From Gammaproteobacteria bacterium (GTDB lineage: Bacteria > Pseudomonadota > Gammaproteobacteria > JAURND01): DNA of 64,000 nt. Within the stretch, counting starts at the first letter, position 1, and each line of letters begins with the position of its first letter. Made by a program: the position numbers and the translations under genes. Shown here piece after piece: positions 52,132-61,767 of the stretch. The notes below the pieces were generated by a model. The model was not told the origin of the DNA and searched no databases. It worked only from the letters and a program-made list of their open reading frames with translations. Where the stretch lies: the NCBI GenBank assembly GCA_035546635.1, contig DASZWJ010000019.1, positions 229,386 to 293,385 on the forward strand, written 5' to 3'.

Positions 52132-52503
52132 ATGAAACATGGTATTAAATTCATCGCTTTGGCAGATGATGCTAGAACGCGTATCTCTGAAACCAATGTA
52201 CAAGAAGTCAAAAAACTCCTAGATGAAAATGCCGCATTCTATCTAGTAGATGTGCGTGAAGAATCCGAATGGAATAATGGACATCTCCCCGGAGCTATTC
52301 ATTTAAGCAAAGGCATTATTGAACGGGATATAGAGGCACGCATCCCTGATGTAGAGGCTAAGATTGTCCTTTATTGCGGCGGTGGTTACCGTTCTGCATT
52401 AGCGGCTGATAACTTACAAAAGATGGGTTATAAAAACGTAATTTCTATGGATGGTGGTTTTAGAGGCTGGAAAGAAGCAGGGCTAGAACTAGAGATGGAC
52501 TAG
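52132..52503 (+). CDS. Single-domain rhodanese-like sulfurtransferase
   Basis: Active-site loop CGGGYRS in YCGGGYRSALAADNLQKMGY. Confidence 0.8.
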   Translation: MKHGIKFIALADDARTRISETNVQEVKKLLDENAAFYLVDVREESEWNNGHLPGAIHLSKGIIERDIEARIPDVEAKIVLYCGGGYRSALAADNLQKMGYKNVISMDGGFRGWKEAGLELEMD

Positions 52504-52520
52504 AAGGTATACGAAAGAGC

Positions 52521-52865
52521 TCAATTTGCCTCACTCTCTTTTCTACACCCAACAGTCGCCAGTGCATTTTCAACTTTATTAAGCATACGAGCTGTTACTG
52601 AACTCTGACGTTCCAATTTGCTGATATAAGCCTGGGATACCCCTAAACAATTTGCTAAATGTTCCTGAGTAATCCCAGCTTTGATACGTGCTAGAGCTAC
52701 TGGGTTATTGGAATAATCTTCCGATTCAAAACATACATATCCATTTTGATTCTTTAATTGTTGCAGTTGTGCATTAATTTCCGCTCGCAAAGTATAGTAA
52801 ATACTCACAGGTAGTAGGGCATATTCATCTTTGCCAGACATTGATTTAATAATTTGTAAATCCAT
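52521..52865 (-). CDS. XRE-family helix-turn-helix protein (C-terminal HTH; antitoxin-like, orphan)
   Basis: The HTH ITQEHLANCLGVSQAYISKLERQ lies in the C-terminal half. The N-terminal ~50 aa were not recognised. No adjacent toxin ORF. Confidence 0.5.
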   Translation of the reverse strand: MDLQIIKSMSGKDEYALLPVSIYYTLRAEINAQLQQLKNQNGYVCFESEDYSNNPVALARIKAGITQEHLANCLGVSQAYISKLERQSSVTARMLNKVENALATVGCRKESEAN

Positions 52866-53078
52866 TTTATTTCCCCATAAATTTAATCTTTACTAAAGAT
52901 ACTCCATAACCGCTACAAGGCTACCATTGACCTACCCATAAACAATGGTAAGATTCTCTTAGTATACATGGATGATTATAGGTTATATTTAGTTATAATA
53001 CCAATCGTCTGCATCTATTAGATGTATTTTTTAGGATATTTTGACGGGCAACTGCCCATCTCCATAAGGAATATAACC

Positions 53079-54251
53079 ATGACCACCTTAACCGGATTAG
53101 ATCTGTTTGAACGAGAATGGCCTTCGAGCTTTAACGCGGCAAGAGTAGGCCTATTGGTACATCCTTCTTCCGTAAATAAAAATCTTACCTATGCTGTAGA
53201 CCTATTTTTGCAATCTAAAAAATTTAAAGTGACTGCATTATTTGGCCCCCAACATGGTATACGCGGTGAAACACAAGATAATATGATTGAATGGGAAGGC
53301 TTCCAAGATCAAAAAACTGCATTGCCGGTATTTAGCTTATACGGAAAAGCTCGCAAACCTACCCCGGAAATGTTAAAAAATGTCGATGTTTTGGTAATTG
53401 ATCTTCAAGATGTAGGGGCTCGCTACTACACTTTTATCTGGACTATGGCGCTTTGTATGGAAGCCTGCGCTGAACTTAACAAGTCCATACTCATTTTAGA
53501 CCGACCTAATCCCATCAATGGGCGTGATATTGAAGGGCAGATTTTAGATCCGCATTACAGCTCTTTCGTGGGGCTGCGTCCACTGCCGATACGCCATGGG
53601 ATGACAGTAGGGGAAATAGCAAGCTACTTAAAAGAAACCTTTTATCCCAAACTAGATTTAAAGGTAATCCCTATGCAGGGTTGGAAGCGTGATATGGCAT
53701 TTGATGAGACAAAATTGCCCTGGGTCATGCCATCACCTAATATGCCGACACTGGATACGGCTTTTGTTTATCCAGGTATGTGTCTATTTGAAGGCACACA
53801 GCTAAGTGAAGCGCGTGGCACCACGCGACCATTTGAGATTTTCGGTGCCCCCTTCATCGACCCGGATAAATTAGTAAAGCAGCTAGATGCCTTTAAATTA
53901 CCCGGTGTGAAATTTAGACCAAGCTATTTTTTACCTACATTCCAAAAACATGCAAATACTGTGTGTGCCGGTGCACAAATTTATGTCACAGATAGAGCTC
54001 AGTATAAATCCGTACAAACAGCGATAGTGATATTAAAAGTGATTCACGACTTGTATCCTTCCCAGTTTGCTTGGAAAAATCCACCTTATGAATATGAGGA
54101 GGAAAAAATGCCCATTGATATACTCGCCGGGAATGATGAATTAAGAACGACTATAGAACAAGGAAAGGACATTTCACAGCTGGAAACCAGCTGGCAAAAT
54201 GAATGCGAGAATTTTAATAACCAGGTCAGGAAGAAATTTTTAATCTATTAA
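53079..54251 (+). CDS. DUF1343 family protein (NamZ-like exo-beta-N-acetylmuramidase family)
   Basis: Family signature region …WVMPSPNMPTLDTAFVYPGMCLFEGTQLSEARGTTRPFE… The start is set at MTTLTGLDLFE (53079). Confidence 0.65.
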   Translation: MTTLTGLDLFEREWPSSFNAARVGLLVHPSSVNKNLTYAVDLFLQSKKFKVTALFGPQHGIRGETQDNMIEWEGFQDQKTALPVFSLYGKARKPTPEMLKNVDVLVIDLQDVGARYYTFIWTMALCMEACAELNKSILILDRPNPINGRDIEGQILDPHYSSFVGLRPLPIRHGMTVGEIASYLKETFYPKLDLKVIPMQGWKRDMAFDETKLPWVMPSPNMPTLDTAFVYPGMCLFEGTQLSEARGTTRPFEIFGAPFIDPDKLVKQLDAFKLPGVKFRPSYFLPTFQKHANTVCAGAQIYVTDRAQYKSVQTAIVILKVIHDLYPSQFAWKNPPYEYEEEKMPIDILAGNDELRTTIEQGKDISQLETSWQNECENFNNQVRKKFLIY

Positions 54252-54265
54252 GATGTGTTGTATCT

Positions 54266-55201
54266 ATGAATATATTTATACCTGCTGCGGGATTTGGTTC
54301 GCGCTTATCCCCCATTACCTCCCGTATACCTAAACCTTTACTGCCTATTGTTGGCAAACCCTTGCTAGGATTATCGCTGGAAAAACTCAACCGCCTTAAA
54401 CCTAATCAAATAGGTATAAATCTTCACTATCTGCGCGAAGCCTTAACCCAATGGGTTGCGCATTCGCCGTTGCGCAATAAAATACAGCTATTTCCAGAAG
54501 AAACGATTTTAGGTTCTGGTGGCGCACTGAACAATGCCTATTCTTTATTGTGCCAAGATCACTTTCTGGTTTATAACAGTGATGTGCTATGTGATCTAGA
54601 TTTAGAATGGTTAATGCAACAACATTTGAATTCTGAAAACCTAGTCACACTCACCACCTGTCAGCACCCTAAATTTCCTCATGTTAAAGCGAATGTTGCT
54701 ATTAATTCTGAAGGTTTTTTTCAAGGCGTTGACAAAAAGCTTATTCCTTACGCTAAAGTAGCACAATACGTGGCTTATACCAGTATCGCGATGTATTCCC
54801 CTGAGTTTTTACAATTTTTACCTGCAGGAAAATCCAGTGTGCTAGATGCCTGGTTGACAGTAGCCGCCAAAGGTTATCGCATCGGCACCGTAGATATCAG
54901 CGCTTATGACTGGAATGATATAGGCACTCCTGCCGCCTATTTCTCAGCTGCTATGACTAATTTAAAAAGTACTGGTAAATCGGTTTATATCCATCCTTCT
55001 GCCAATGTCAATCGCACTGCGGTCATAGAAGGAGAGGTGATTATTGAAAGATATGCGGTAGTCGAGTCGGGGGTCAGTATTAAAAACTGCTTACTGCTAC
55101 CTGGTGCTGAGTTAATAAAAAACCGGCGCTATGAAAATAGTATCATAGGGCCCGGTTATGAGCTGCCAATGCTGTCATCCTTCGCTTGCGCTCAGGACTA
55201 A
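54266..55201 (+). CDS. Sugar-1-phosphate nucleotidyltransferase (NTP_transferase domain plus C-terminal left-handed beta-helix)
   Basis: MNIFIPAAGFGSRLSPITSRIPKPLLPIVGKPLL is the RmlA/GlmU/MurU-type G-x-G-x-R-L…K motif. The C-terminus carries hexapeptide-like repeats. The gene lies 14 bp downstream of the DUF1343 gene, so the two are probably an operon. Confidence 0.75.
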   Translation: MNIFIPAAGFGSRLSPITSRIPKPLLPIVGKPLLGLSLEKLNRLKPNQIGINLHYLREALTQWVAHSPLRNKIQLFPEETILGSGGALNNAYSLLCQDHFLVYNSDVLCDLDLEWLMQQHLNSENLVTLTTCQHPKFPHVKANVAINSEGFFQGVDKKLIPYAKVAQYVAYTSIAMYSPEFLQFLPAGKSSVLDAWLTVAAKGYRIGTVDISAYDWNDIGTPAAYFSAAMTNLKSTGKSVYIHPSANVNRTAVIEGEVIIERYAVVESGVSIKNCLLLPGAELIKNRRYENSIIGPGYELPMLSSFACAQD

Positions 55202-56775
55202 GAAACCAACGGTCGATTAAGATAGCGCGAAAATTTAGAGAAGCGCACTAAAAATTTATTATACAGAAAAATATTTATTAATTTTTGCTGCAAAGTATTT
55301 TTTCTTGATTCTTGACTTAGCTTCTTAATAACTACTTTTTCAAAATATTTAAGCTTCATTTCCCTTTTTGCTATCAATCCTTCAATTTCATTTAACCAAG
55401 GTCTTAAAGAATTATTCAGTTCAGCTGAAATGATTTTCTGCTCACCCTCGTGAAATAGCTTTAAAAACAGGCTAAAACTCCATTGTTGCGGGTGTGTTGA
55501 TAATATTCCCTGAATTAAATTTAAATAAATATCAGGATAATTTTCTGCCTTTAAGAACATAGGGCTCAAATTCCTGATCGTGACTATTTTTCTGTGAGTT
55601 ACTTCATAGATAAATACTAAAAATGCTAGAAAAATATTTTTAGGCACCATCACATTACGTGCTGCATCTTCAATAGCGCCAAAATCAATGAGCCGTACCG
55701 AACCCTGGGTAGAAATCAGCACATTCCAAACGCGTAAATCATTATGATAAAGACCATGCGCTTCCAAGGCGGCCAATTGTTCCAGAATGTCACCAATAAT
55801 CACATTAGGGTCATAATCCAGTCCCTTGATTATCATGGTGCTTAATAAAATCCCAGGTATTTTTTCACGCAACACCCAACCGCTGTCTTCATGCATTTCA
55901 AAACCCAACAAGCGCGGCAATACATGAGTCACCGAAAATCCACTTTGCAAAAATTTTATTTCACCTACAAGTTCTTCACGGTTGCTCTCTGCTTCATCAC
56001 CTGAGAGTTGAAAATTTTTAAGCATCGTATTAGTGGTAAAATAATAACGTCGTGAGTCTTTATGTGCATCATTCGTAAATTCATGTGAAGTATTAGTCCA
56101 TGAATCAAAATGCGTTAGCTCTTCATTAATATACCAATAATGATTGCTGCAAAAATAGATAGGACGCTGAATTTTTGACAGGTGGGTATGATGGTGTGAT
56201 ATTTGCTGAAAATAAGCAAATTGATCCAATAATTCATAGGGCTGGTCCGGTAGGGAAGTAGCCCATTTTTCAGGCTCTTCTCTAAGAGCGGTTTCGATAA
56301 GACAGGCTGCCGTTCTTTGTGCTAAAAGGCCAATGAAATTTCGAGTAGTCTCAAATCCGATGTGATGACACAGATGATGAAAAACGCTAAGTCCTATGAT
56401 TAAATCAAACTCTTTAATGGGCAAAGCGTCAATTCCGGCTACACAGTCAGCAACTACAAAAGTCGCAGGCAAGGACAAGACTTTAGATAACTCTGTGCAA
56501 AGCTCCACATTTTGCGGAACTATATCAATACCATATACCTCATCACCAACAGCTGCCAGGTTAAAACAGAAGAAACCCTGAGCGCATCCTATATCTAAAA
56601 TCCGCAATGGACGCTGCAACTCAGAACGCAATTTATCAGCAACACTCTGTACGATCCACCATCTATCATAACAGCTGCGCGATGAATTCCCATCAAATTC
56701 ATTAAAACCATAAATTGGTTGATAGATTTCTGGCAAATTACCAATTAGATATTTTATCTGTGAGTTCGATTCCAT
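55198..56775 (-). CDS. Bifunctional SAM-dependent methyltransferase / eukaryotic-like kinase fusion protein, WbdD-like architecture (paralogue B)
   Basis: Methyltransferase motif I LRILDIGCAQG…DEVYGID and a kinase catalytic loop HGLYHNDLRVWNVLI with a canonical DFG (LIDFGAIED). It is collinear with the ORF at 3712-5280 (shared blocks FCSN.YWY, RRYYF, QWSF.LFL). It is AT-rich relative to the housekeeping neighbours. Confidence 0.6.
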   Translation of the reverse strand: MESNSQIKYLIGNLPEIYQPIYGFNEFDGNSSRSCYDRWWIVQSVADKLRSELQRPLRILDIGCAQGFFCFNLAAVGDEVYGIDIVPQNVELCTELSKVLSLPATFVVADCVAGIDALPIKEFDLIIGLSVFHHLCHHIGFETTRNFIGLLAQRTAACLIETALREEPEKWATSLPDQPYELLDQFAYFQQISHHHTHLSKIQRPIYFCSNHYWYINEELTHFDSWTNTSHEFTNDAHKDSRRYYFTTNTMLKNFQLSGDEAESNREELVGEIKFLQSGFSVTHVLPRLLGFEMHEDSGWVLREKIPGILLSTMIIKGLDYDPNVIIGDILEQLAALEAHGLYHNDLRVWNVLISTQGSVRLIDFGAIEDAARNVMVPKNIFLAFLVFIYEVTHRKIVTIRNLSPMFLKAENYPDIYLNLIQGILSTHPQQWSFSLFLKLFHEGEQKIISAELNNSLRPWLNEIEGLIAKREMKLKYFEKVVIKKLSQESRKNTLQQKLINIFLYNKFLVRFSKFSRYLNRPLVS

Positions 56776-57284
56776 GGATTTTGCTCCTAAAATGTAACAG
56801 TCATATGAAAGAGGAAAGCAAGTTTCCCCTGAAACAGTGAGGAAGTTTTTACAAATCTTCTTGGATTGCCATGCTCTTAAAAAGAAGATGAACCATCCCT
56901 TTAGATTACAATGGTTTATTGTATGATATAAGTTTTCTTTAAGGAAATTAAAATTACAGTTTTTAGCTATCTTTAAATTTTTAATCGGTATGTAATCCTA
57001 TGACTTATTAAAATGTCACAATATTTTCAAATTTAATGTAACTTTAATTAGGAGTTGCAATGCTTTCTTTTCGTGTTCATCCTAGTAAAAGCAAAGGATA
57101 ACCCTATGAAAGTGCCATTGAGCATTGCTAAAATCCACATACCGCTGTATAATAAAAACTCATTTTTAACCCTCTCTAGGACGATTCAAATGATATTGCT
57201 TGGTTAAATCGCTCTCAGTAAGACCGGTCAATTCATTGCTATTTGGCTGGAATTTTATACATCGATTTTTTACCAGGTCATATT

Positions 57285-59048
57285 ATGAATCTGCCTACAT
57301 CAAATTTTGCCTTTATTTTTTACTTCGTCCGTCAACAATGGTTGCGGTTTCTAGCCTTATTCGCCATATCAATGGTTTGGGCGGTTAACGATGCGATGTT
57401 GCCTTATTTCTTGAAACGGATAGTCAATACTCTGCACGACTACACCGGCCCTCCACAAGGTGTCTATTTGGCAGTCAAGGGCATATTAATTATCTTACTG
57501 ATATTCTGGATCGTGACAGAAATATTAAATCGCATTCAAGGTATTAACCAAATTTATACTTTCCCACGTTTTCGCGCTAACATTCGCGCCTCGGTATTTA
57601 ATTACGTAAAATCACATTCTCATGAATATTTTTCCAACCAATTTGCCGGAAATCTCGCCAAAAAGCTGGCTGACTTACCGCACAGCTGTCAAAACATTAT
57701 GGAGATTATTTCCTTTCAATTTATTACAGCAACTGTAGGCATCAGCATGGTGTTGACCATGATGTGGCTTACCAAACCACTGTTTGCTGTGATTCTATTA
57801 ATTTGGCTCAGTTTTCATTTGGGATTAACCATCCTTATTTTACGTCGCGCTAACGTACTATATGAAACCCATGCTGAATCCGTTTCCGTATTAAGCGGAA
57901 AAATTGTCGACATATTTACGAATATTTTAAATGTGCGTCTATTCGCGCGTAGTCGATATGAATCCGAATATTTGCAACAATTCCAACAAGATGAAATCAC
58001 TAAAGCCAGAAAAGCCATGTGGCTAATTGAGTTAATGCGTATGGGTCTTGGAATAAATGGATTATTCCTCATATTCGGTATGATTTTTACTTTACTCTAC
58101 GGCTGGGCGCACGGTTGGGTAACGCTGGGCGATTTTACTCAAGTGAGTATGCAGTCATTCTGGTTATTAGGTTTGATTTGGTTCGTCAGTTTTCAAATGA
58201 CTGTGTTTGTGCGGGAGACCGGCACCATTAGCGATGCATTGAGTTTAATTAAAAAAAGCCACGATCTATCGGACACTGAAAATGCCCATCCTATTGCCAT
58301 TCCTTGCGGTCAAATCATTTTTAATCAGGTCACTTTTGGTTACAAAAGAAATCGTCCGATATTTCAAAATTTGAATCTTGTCATTCAACCTGGAGAGAAA
58401 ATTGGTTTAGTTGGATTTTCCGGCTCAGGAAAGTCTACTCTGGTGAATCTCATCTTGCGTTTCTACGACTTACAATCTGGTCAGATTTTAATTGATGGTC
58501 AAGATATCGCTAAAGTCAGTCAAGAATCTTTACGCGCTCAAATCGCCATGATTCCACAAGATCCCGCATTGTTTCATCGCAGCTTAATGGAAAATATCCG
58601 CTACGGCCGTTTGGATGCAACAGACGAAGAAGTCTTTAAAGCCTCAGAGCTGGCACACTGCCATGAGTTCATTGAAAAATTGGATTGTGACTATGAGTCT
58701 CTAGTCGGAGAACGCGGCATTAAATTATCCGGTGGTCAACGACAACGCATTGCCATCGCTCGCGCCATCTTAAAAAATGCGCCGATTCTAATTTTAGACG
58801 AGGCAACTTCTTCACTGGATTCAGTTACAGAAAAGCTGATTCAAGAAAGCCTGGAGCATTTAATGCAGGGTAGAACTACGATTGTAATTGCACACCGTTT
58901 ATCTACATTAGCTGATATGGATAGAATTTTAGTCTTTCATAAAGGAGAAATCGTCGAACAGGGTACAATTGCAAACTTACTGAATGTAAATGGCCACTTT
59001 GCGAAATTATGGCATATGCAATCCGAAGGATTTTTGCCAGAGAGTTGA
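57285..59048 (+). CDS. ABC exporter, fused permease-ATPase (MsbA/multidrug type), second copy in the window
   Basis: Six TM helices plus an NBD with Walker A GFSGSGKST, signature LSGGQRQR and Walker B ILILDEATS. The start is set at MNLPTSNF (57285). Confidence 0.85.
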   Translation: MNLPTSNFAFIFYFVRQQWLRFLALFAISMVWAVNDAMLPYFLKRIVNTLHDYTGPPQGVYLAVKGILIILLIFWIVTEILNRIQGINQIYTFPRFRANIRASVFNYVKSHSHEYFSNQFAGNLAKKLADLPHSCQNIMEIISFQFITATVGISMVLTMMWLTKPLFAVILLIWLSFHLGLTILILRRANVLYETHAESVSVLSGKIVDIFTNILNVRLFARSRYESEYLQQFQQDEITKARKAMWLIELMRMGLGINGLFLIFGMIFTLLYGWAHGWVTLGDFTQVSMQSFWLLGLIWFVSFQMTVFVRETGTISDALSLIKKSHDLSDTENAHPIAIPCGQIIFNQVTFGYKRNRPIFQNLNLVIQPGEKIGLVGFSGSGKSTLVNLILRFYDLQSGQILIDGQDIAKVSQESLRAQIAMIPQDPALFHRSLMENIRYGRLDATDEEVFKASELAHCHEFIEKLDCDYESLVGERGIKLSGGQRQRIAIARAILKNAPILILDEATSSLDSVTEKLIQESLEHLMQGRTTIVIAHRLSTLADMDRILVFHKGEIVEQGTIANLLNVNGHFAKLWHMQSEGFLPES

Positions 59049-59090
59049 GCATCACATTCTCTCCTTTCTTATCGAGAAGGATATCGACAA

Positions 59091-60320
59091 TCATAAAGAA
59101 CGCTGCTGCTGTTTAACCCAAATCGAAAAACACACCAACGCGCTTATGCTAGAACATCCTGAAATATAAACCACAATTTCTTGATGCACCGCCATCAACC
59201 CACCCATTATCGGTGGCCCAATTAATATAGACAACGACAATAAAGATTGCGCCACACCAATGACTTTCCCTTGAATATTTTTAGCCACCACACCACCAAA
59301 AATAGAATTATAATGCGCCCATACCAATACACAGGTAAAACCTACCAAAGCATAAGGAATAAATAATCCACCCGGATGCCTTGGCAGCAAAAATAAAAAG
59401 AAAGCTATACAAAGAATGCTCAAGCACAATAATACAATTTGATTAGAACTATAATGTTCACTCAGTTTACGATTAATCACTAAAGAACTCAGTGCCGAAC
59501 ACAAAGACCCCATAGCAAATAAAACTCCTAACCAAGCACTACTTACCTGAAACTTTCGCACCGCAAAAATGGGTAATCCCGCAAAAATAGTTTCTGTACT
59601 TAGCACAAATAAAAAATAAGAAAGCAATAGTAATGGCAGAGGTTGAATAGTAAAGCACTCAAAAATATTCTTAAATCCGGTAAAAAGATTAAATGGACGC
59701 CTTTCATAATGCCCCCTATCCTGATAGCCACGTATCAGCATAAAAATATTCACTGCAAAAGCAATACTCATAAATAAAAATGGCGTTGCTTTACTCGGCC
59801 ATGGTAATCCATGTATTGCTGACAAGCCAGCGCCTACCACAGGACCTAGCACAGCGCCAATAGAACAGGCACCGGCCAGATACCCTAATTGCAAACCACG
59901 TTGCTTTTCATCTCGATTACTATGCGTCACTGCAGCAAAAATCACAGAACCATTCCCTGAGGCAAATCCAGTTCCAAAACGGCACAAAAACAATAGCACT
60001 AAATTATTCATAAAAAGGCTAAGCACGCCCAAAATATTAGCACCCACCAGACAAGCGACACCCCAAATAATTACTTTCTTGCGCCCCAGCTGGTCTGATA
60101 ATTCTCCTAAAACCGGCCCACCCCATAGCTGCCCAAAACCATAACTGGCAATCAATAACCCAATTAAGGTCGTGCGCAAGCCAATGGGTGCTTGAGTAGG
60201 CAGCATAGGACTGTGAGGATCAAGTAATAGGGGAGCAAAGATAGGAATCACCATGAACAACCCGATAAAATCAAGTAATAGCGTCACGGTCATTGCGGGT
60301 AATGCTGAATTTTTTGACAT
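59091..60320 (-). CDS. MFS efflux transporter (TetA/MdtG-like family)
   Basis: Motif A GPVLGELSDQLGRKKVI and 12 hydrophobic segments. The start is set at MSKNSALPAM (60320). Confidence 0.8.
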   Translation of the reverse strand: MSKNSALPAMTVTLLLDFIGLFMVIPIFAPLLLDPHSPMLPTQAPIGLRTTLIGLLIASYGFGQLWGGPVLGELSDQLGRKKVIIWGVACLVGANILGVLSLFMNNLVLLFLCRFGTGFASGNGSVIFAAVTHSNRDEKQRGLQLGYLAGACSIGAVLGPVVGAGLSAIHGLPWPSKATPFLFMSIAFAVNIFMLIRGYQDRGHYERRPFNLFTGFKNIFECFTIQPLPLLLLSYFLFVLSTETIFAGLPIFAVRKFQVSSAWLGVLFAMGSLCSALSSLVINRKLSEHYSSNQIVLLCLSILCIAFFLFLLPRHPGGLFIPYALVGFTCVLVWAHYNSIFGGVVAKNIQGKVIGVAQSLLSLSILIGPPIMGGLMAVHQEIVVYISGCSSISALVCFSIWVKQQQRSL

Positions 60321-60391
60321 GACTATTTCCCTGTCACAACCTTTCCATAGGAAGCGCAATGGCTCCCCCCCTTTTCAAAGGGGGAGGGTAG

Positions 60392-61159
60392 TTACAAATA
60401 AGCGATCACAAAAAGCCTAAGGAAAGGAAAAAGCACCTGACCATTGGCTTGCCGTGGATAGGCTTTAGCAATCAACTGCAAATAACCCTGCAAAAATGAG
60501 TCTTGCTTATCCTCAGGTAAAAGATCGAGAAATGGCCGCAACCCTGAGCCTTTATACCACTCAACAATCGCCTCTGGACCTGACATGGCGTGGAAGTATT
60601 CGCTACGCCACAGCTCAATATGAGACGCATGAGGTGATAGAACATCATAATAAAATGCAGGTGGGTGTACGTACCATTCCCTGATGGGTTGATGGAAATG
60701 TTTACGCCAATGTTTGGAAGCAGCCAAATCCCGCATCAACTGATGAGCTGTTGCATTGATATTAGCCGGCACTTGAAAGGCCAGCGCACCCCCTGGTTTA
60801 ACCTGCTGCAGCAGATGCGGTAGAACCCGTTCATGCTCTGAGACCCACTGTAGTGCCGCATTAGAAAAGACTATATCGTAAGTTTCAAGCGGAGTCCAAC
60901 TGGCAATATCTGCCTGCAACCATTGTCCCTTGGGATATAGTTTGCGCGCCTCCATAATCATCTGCTCTGAACTATCCAAGCCGGTAATAACCGCATTCGG
61001 CCAGCATTCCATTAAAACTTGGGTACTATTGCCCGGACCACAGCCCAGATCAATGATTTTTTGTGGATCTTCAATTTGAACTGAACGCGCTAGATCTTGG
61101 CAAGGGCGGGTCCGTTGATTAAAAAATTTTAGATATTGCTTGGGATTCCAGCTTGGCAT
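60392..61159 (-). CDS. tam: Trans-aconitate 2-methyltransferase
   Basis: The N-terminus MPSWNPKQYLKFFNQRTRP…DLGCGPGNST aligns closely with E. coli Tam (MSDWNPSLYLHF…DLGCGPGNST). 255 aa. Confidence 0.85.
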   Translation of the reverse strand: MPSWNPKQYLKFFNQRTRPCQDLARSVQIEDPQKIIDLGCGPGNSTQVLMECWPNAVITGLDSSEQMIMEARKLYPKGQWLQADIASWTPLETYDIVFSNAALQWVSEHERVLPHLLQQVKPGGALAFQVPANINATAHQLMRDLAASKHWRKHFHQPIREWYVHPPAFYYDVLSPHASHIELWRSEYFHAMSGPEAIVEWYKGSGLRPFLDLLPEDKQDSFLQGYLQLIAKAYPRQANGQVLFPFLRLFVIAYL

Positions 61160-61291
61160 ATATACACTCTTTTATGGGTAATTAAAAAACCTGTGGGGTG
61201 ACATACGCGCTCCCAAGGTGATGATTTGATTTACCGCTATCCAAGGATGTGGCAAAATCAATCAAACAAAAACCAACTTAAGGACAAACAT

Positions 61292-61756
61292 ATGTTAAAA
61301 AAAATATTTTTCACGGCGTTTATTTTATTCAGTTCTACCTGGGTAGCAGCTCAAACCCCATTGGCAACTAATGATGCAAGCAACCATGAAATTGCCGCTA
61401 ATGTAGTCAGCATTAAAACCCCAGAAGTGAATGCAACTATGCCAACGCAACATGGCGCCCAAGTATACATGGAATTGGATAACAAGGGAGCAATAGCACA
61501 TCAACTCATTGCTGCCTATAGCCCAGTTGCTAAACTGATTCAACTGCATCAGACTTTTCAAAAAGAGGGTACAAGCTTTATGCAACAAGTACCAGTAATC
61601 AATATCAAACCAAGTCAAGAACAAGATCTCAAACAAGGCGGTTTTCATGTCATGCTAATGGGGTTAAACCAATCTTTAAAAAAAGGGCACAAAATACCCT
61701 TAGTATTGCTATTTGAAGATGGTAGTTATCTCAATTTAAATATAACAATTATCTAA
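61292..61756 (+). CDS. Periplasmic copper chaperone PCu(A)C (DUF461)
   Basis: Signal peptide MLKKIFFTAFILFSSTWVAAQ and the C-terminal copper-binding motif GGFHVMLMGL. About 155 aa from the ATG at 61292. Confidence 0.62.
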   Translation: MLKKIFFTAFILFSSTWVAAQTPLATNDASNHEIAANVVSIKTPEVNATMPTQHGAQVYMELDNKGAIAHQLIAAYSPVAKLIQLHQTFQKEGTSFMQQVPVINIKPSQEQDLKQGGFHVMLMGLNQSLKKGHKIPLVLLFEDGSYLNLNITII

Positions 61757-61767
61757 AGAAAAATGTT

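Noticed and set aside
57200-57388. 62-aa + ORF overlapping the start of the ABC exporter
   Set aside because: It is out of frame with and overlapping the exporter's N-terminus. The upstream part lies in AT-rich intergenic DNA with no RBS.
60361-60391. Hairpin GCTCCCCCCC-TTTTCAAA-GGGGGAGGG between tam and the MFS gene as a rho-independent terminator
   Set aside because: It has a G/C-rich stem but no U-tract on either strand, and it sits only 32 bp upstream of the MFS start. It is more likely an RBS-proximal structure or incidental.
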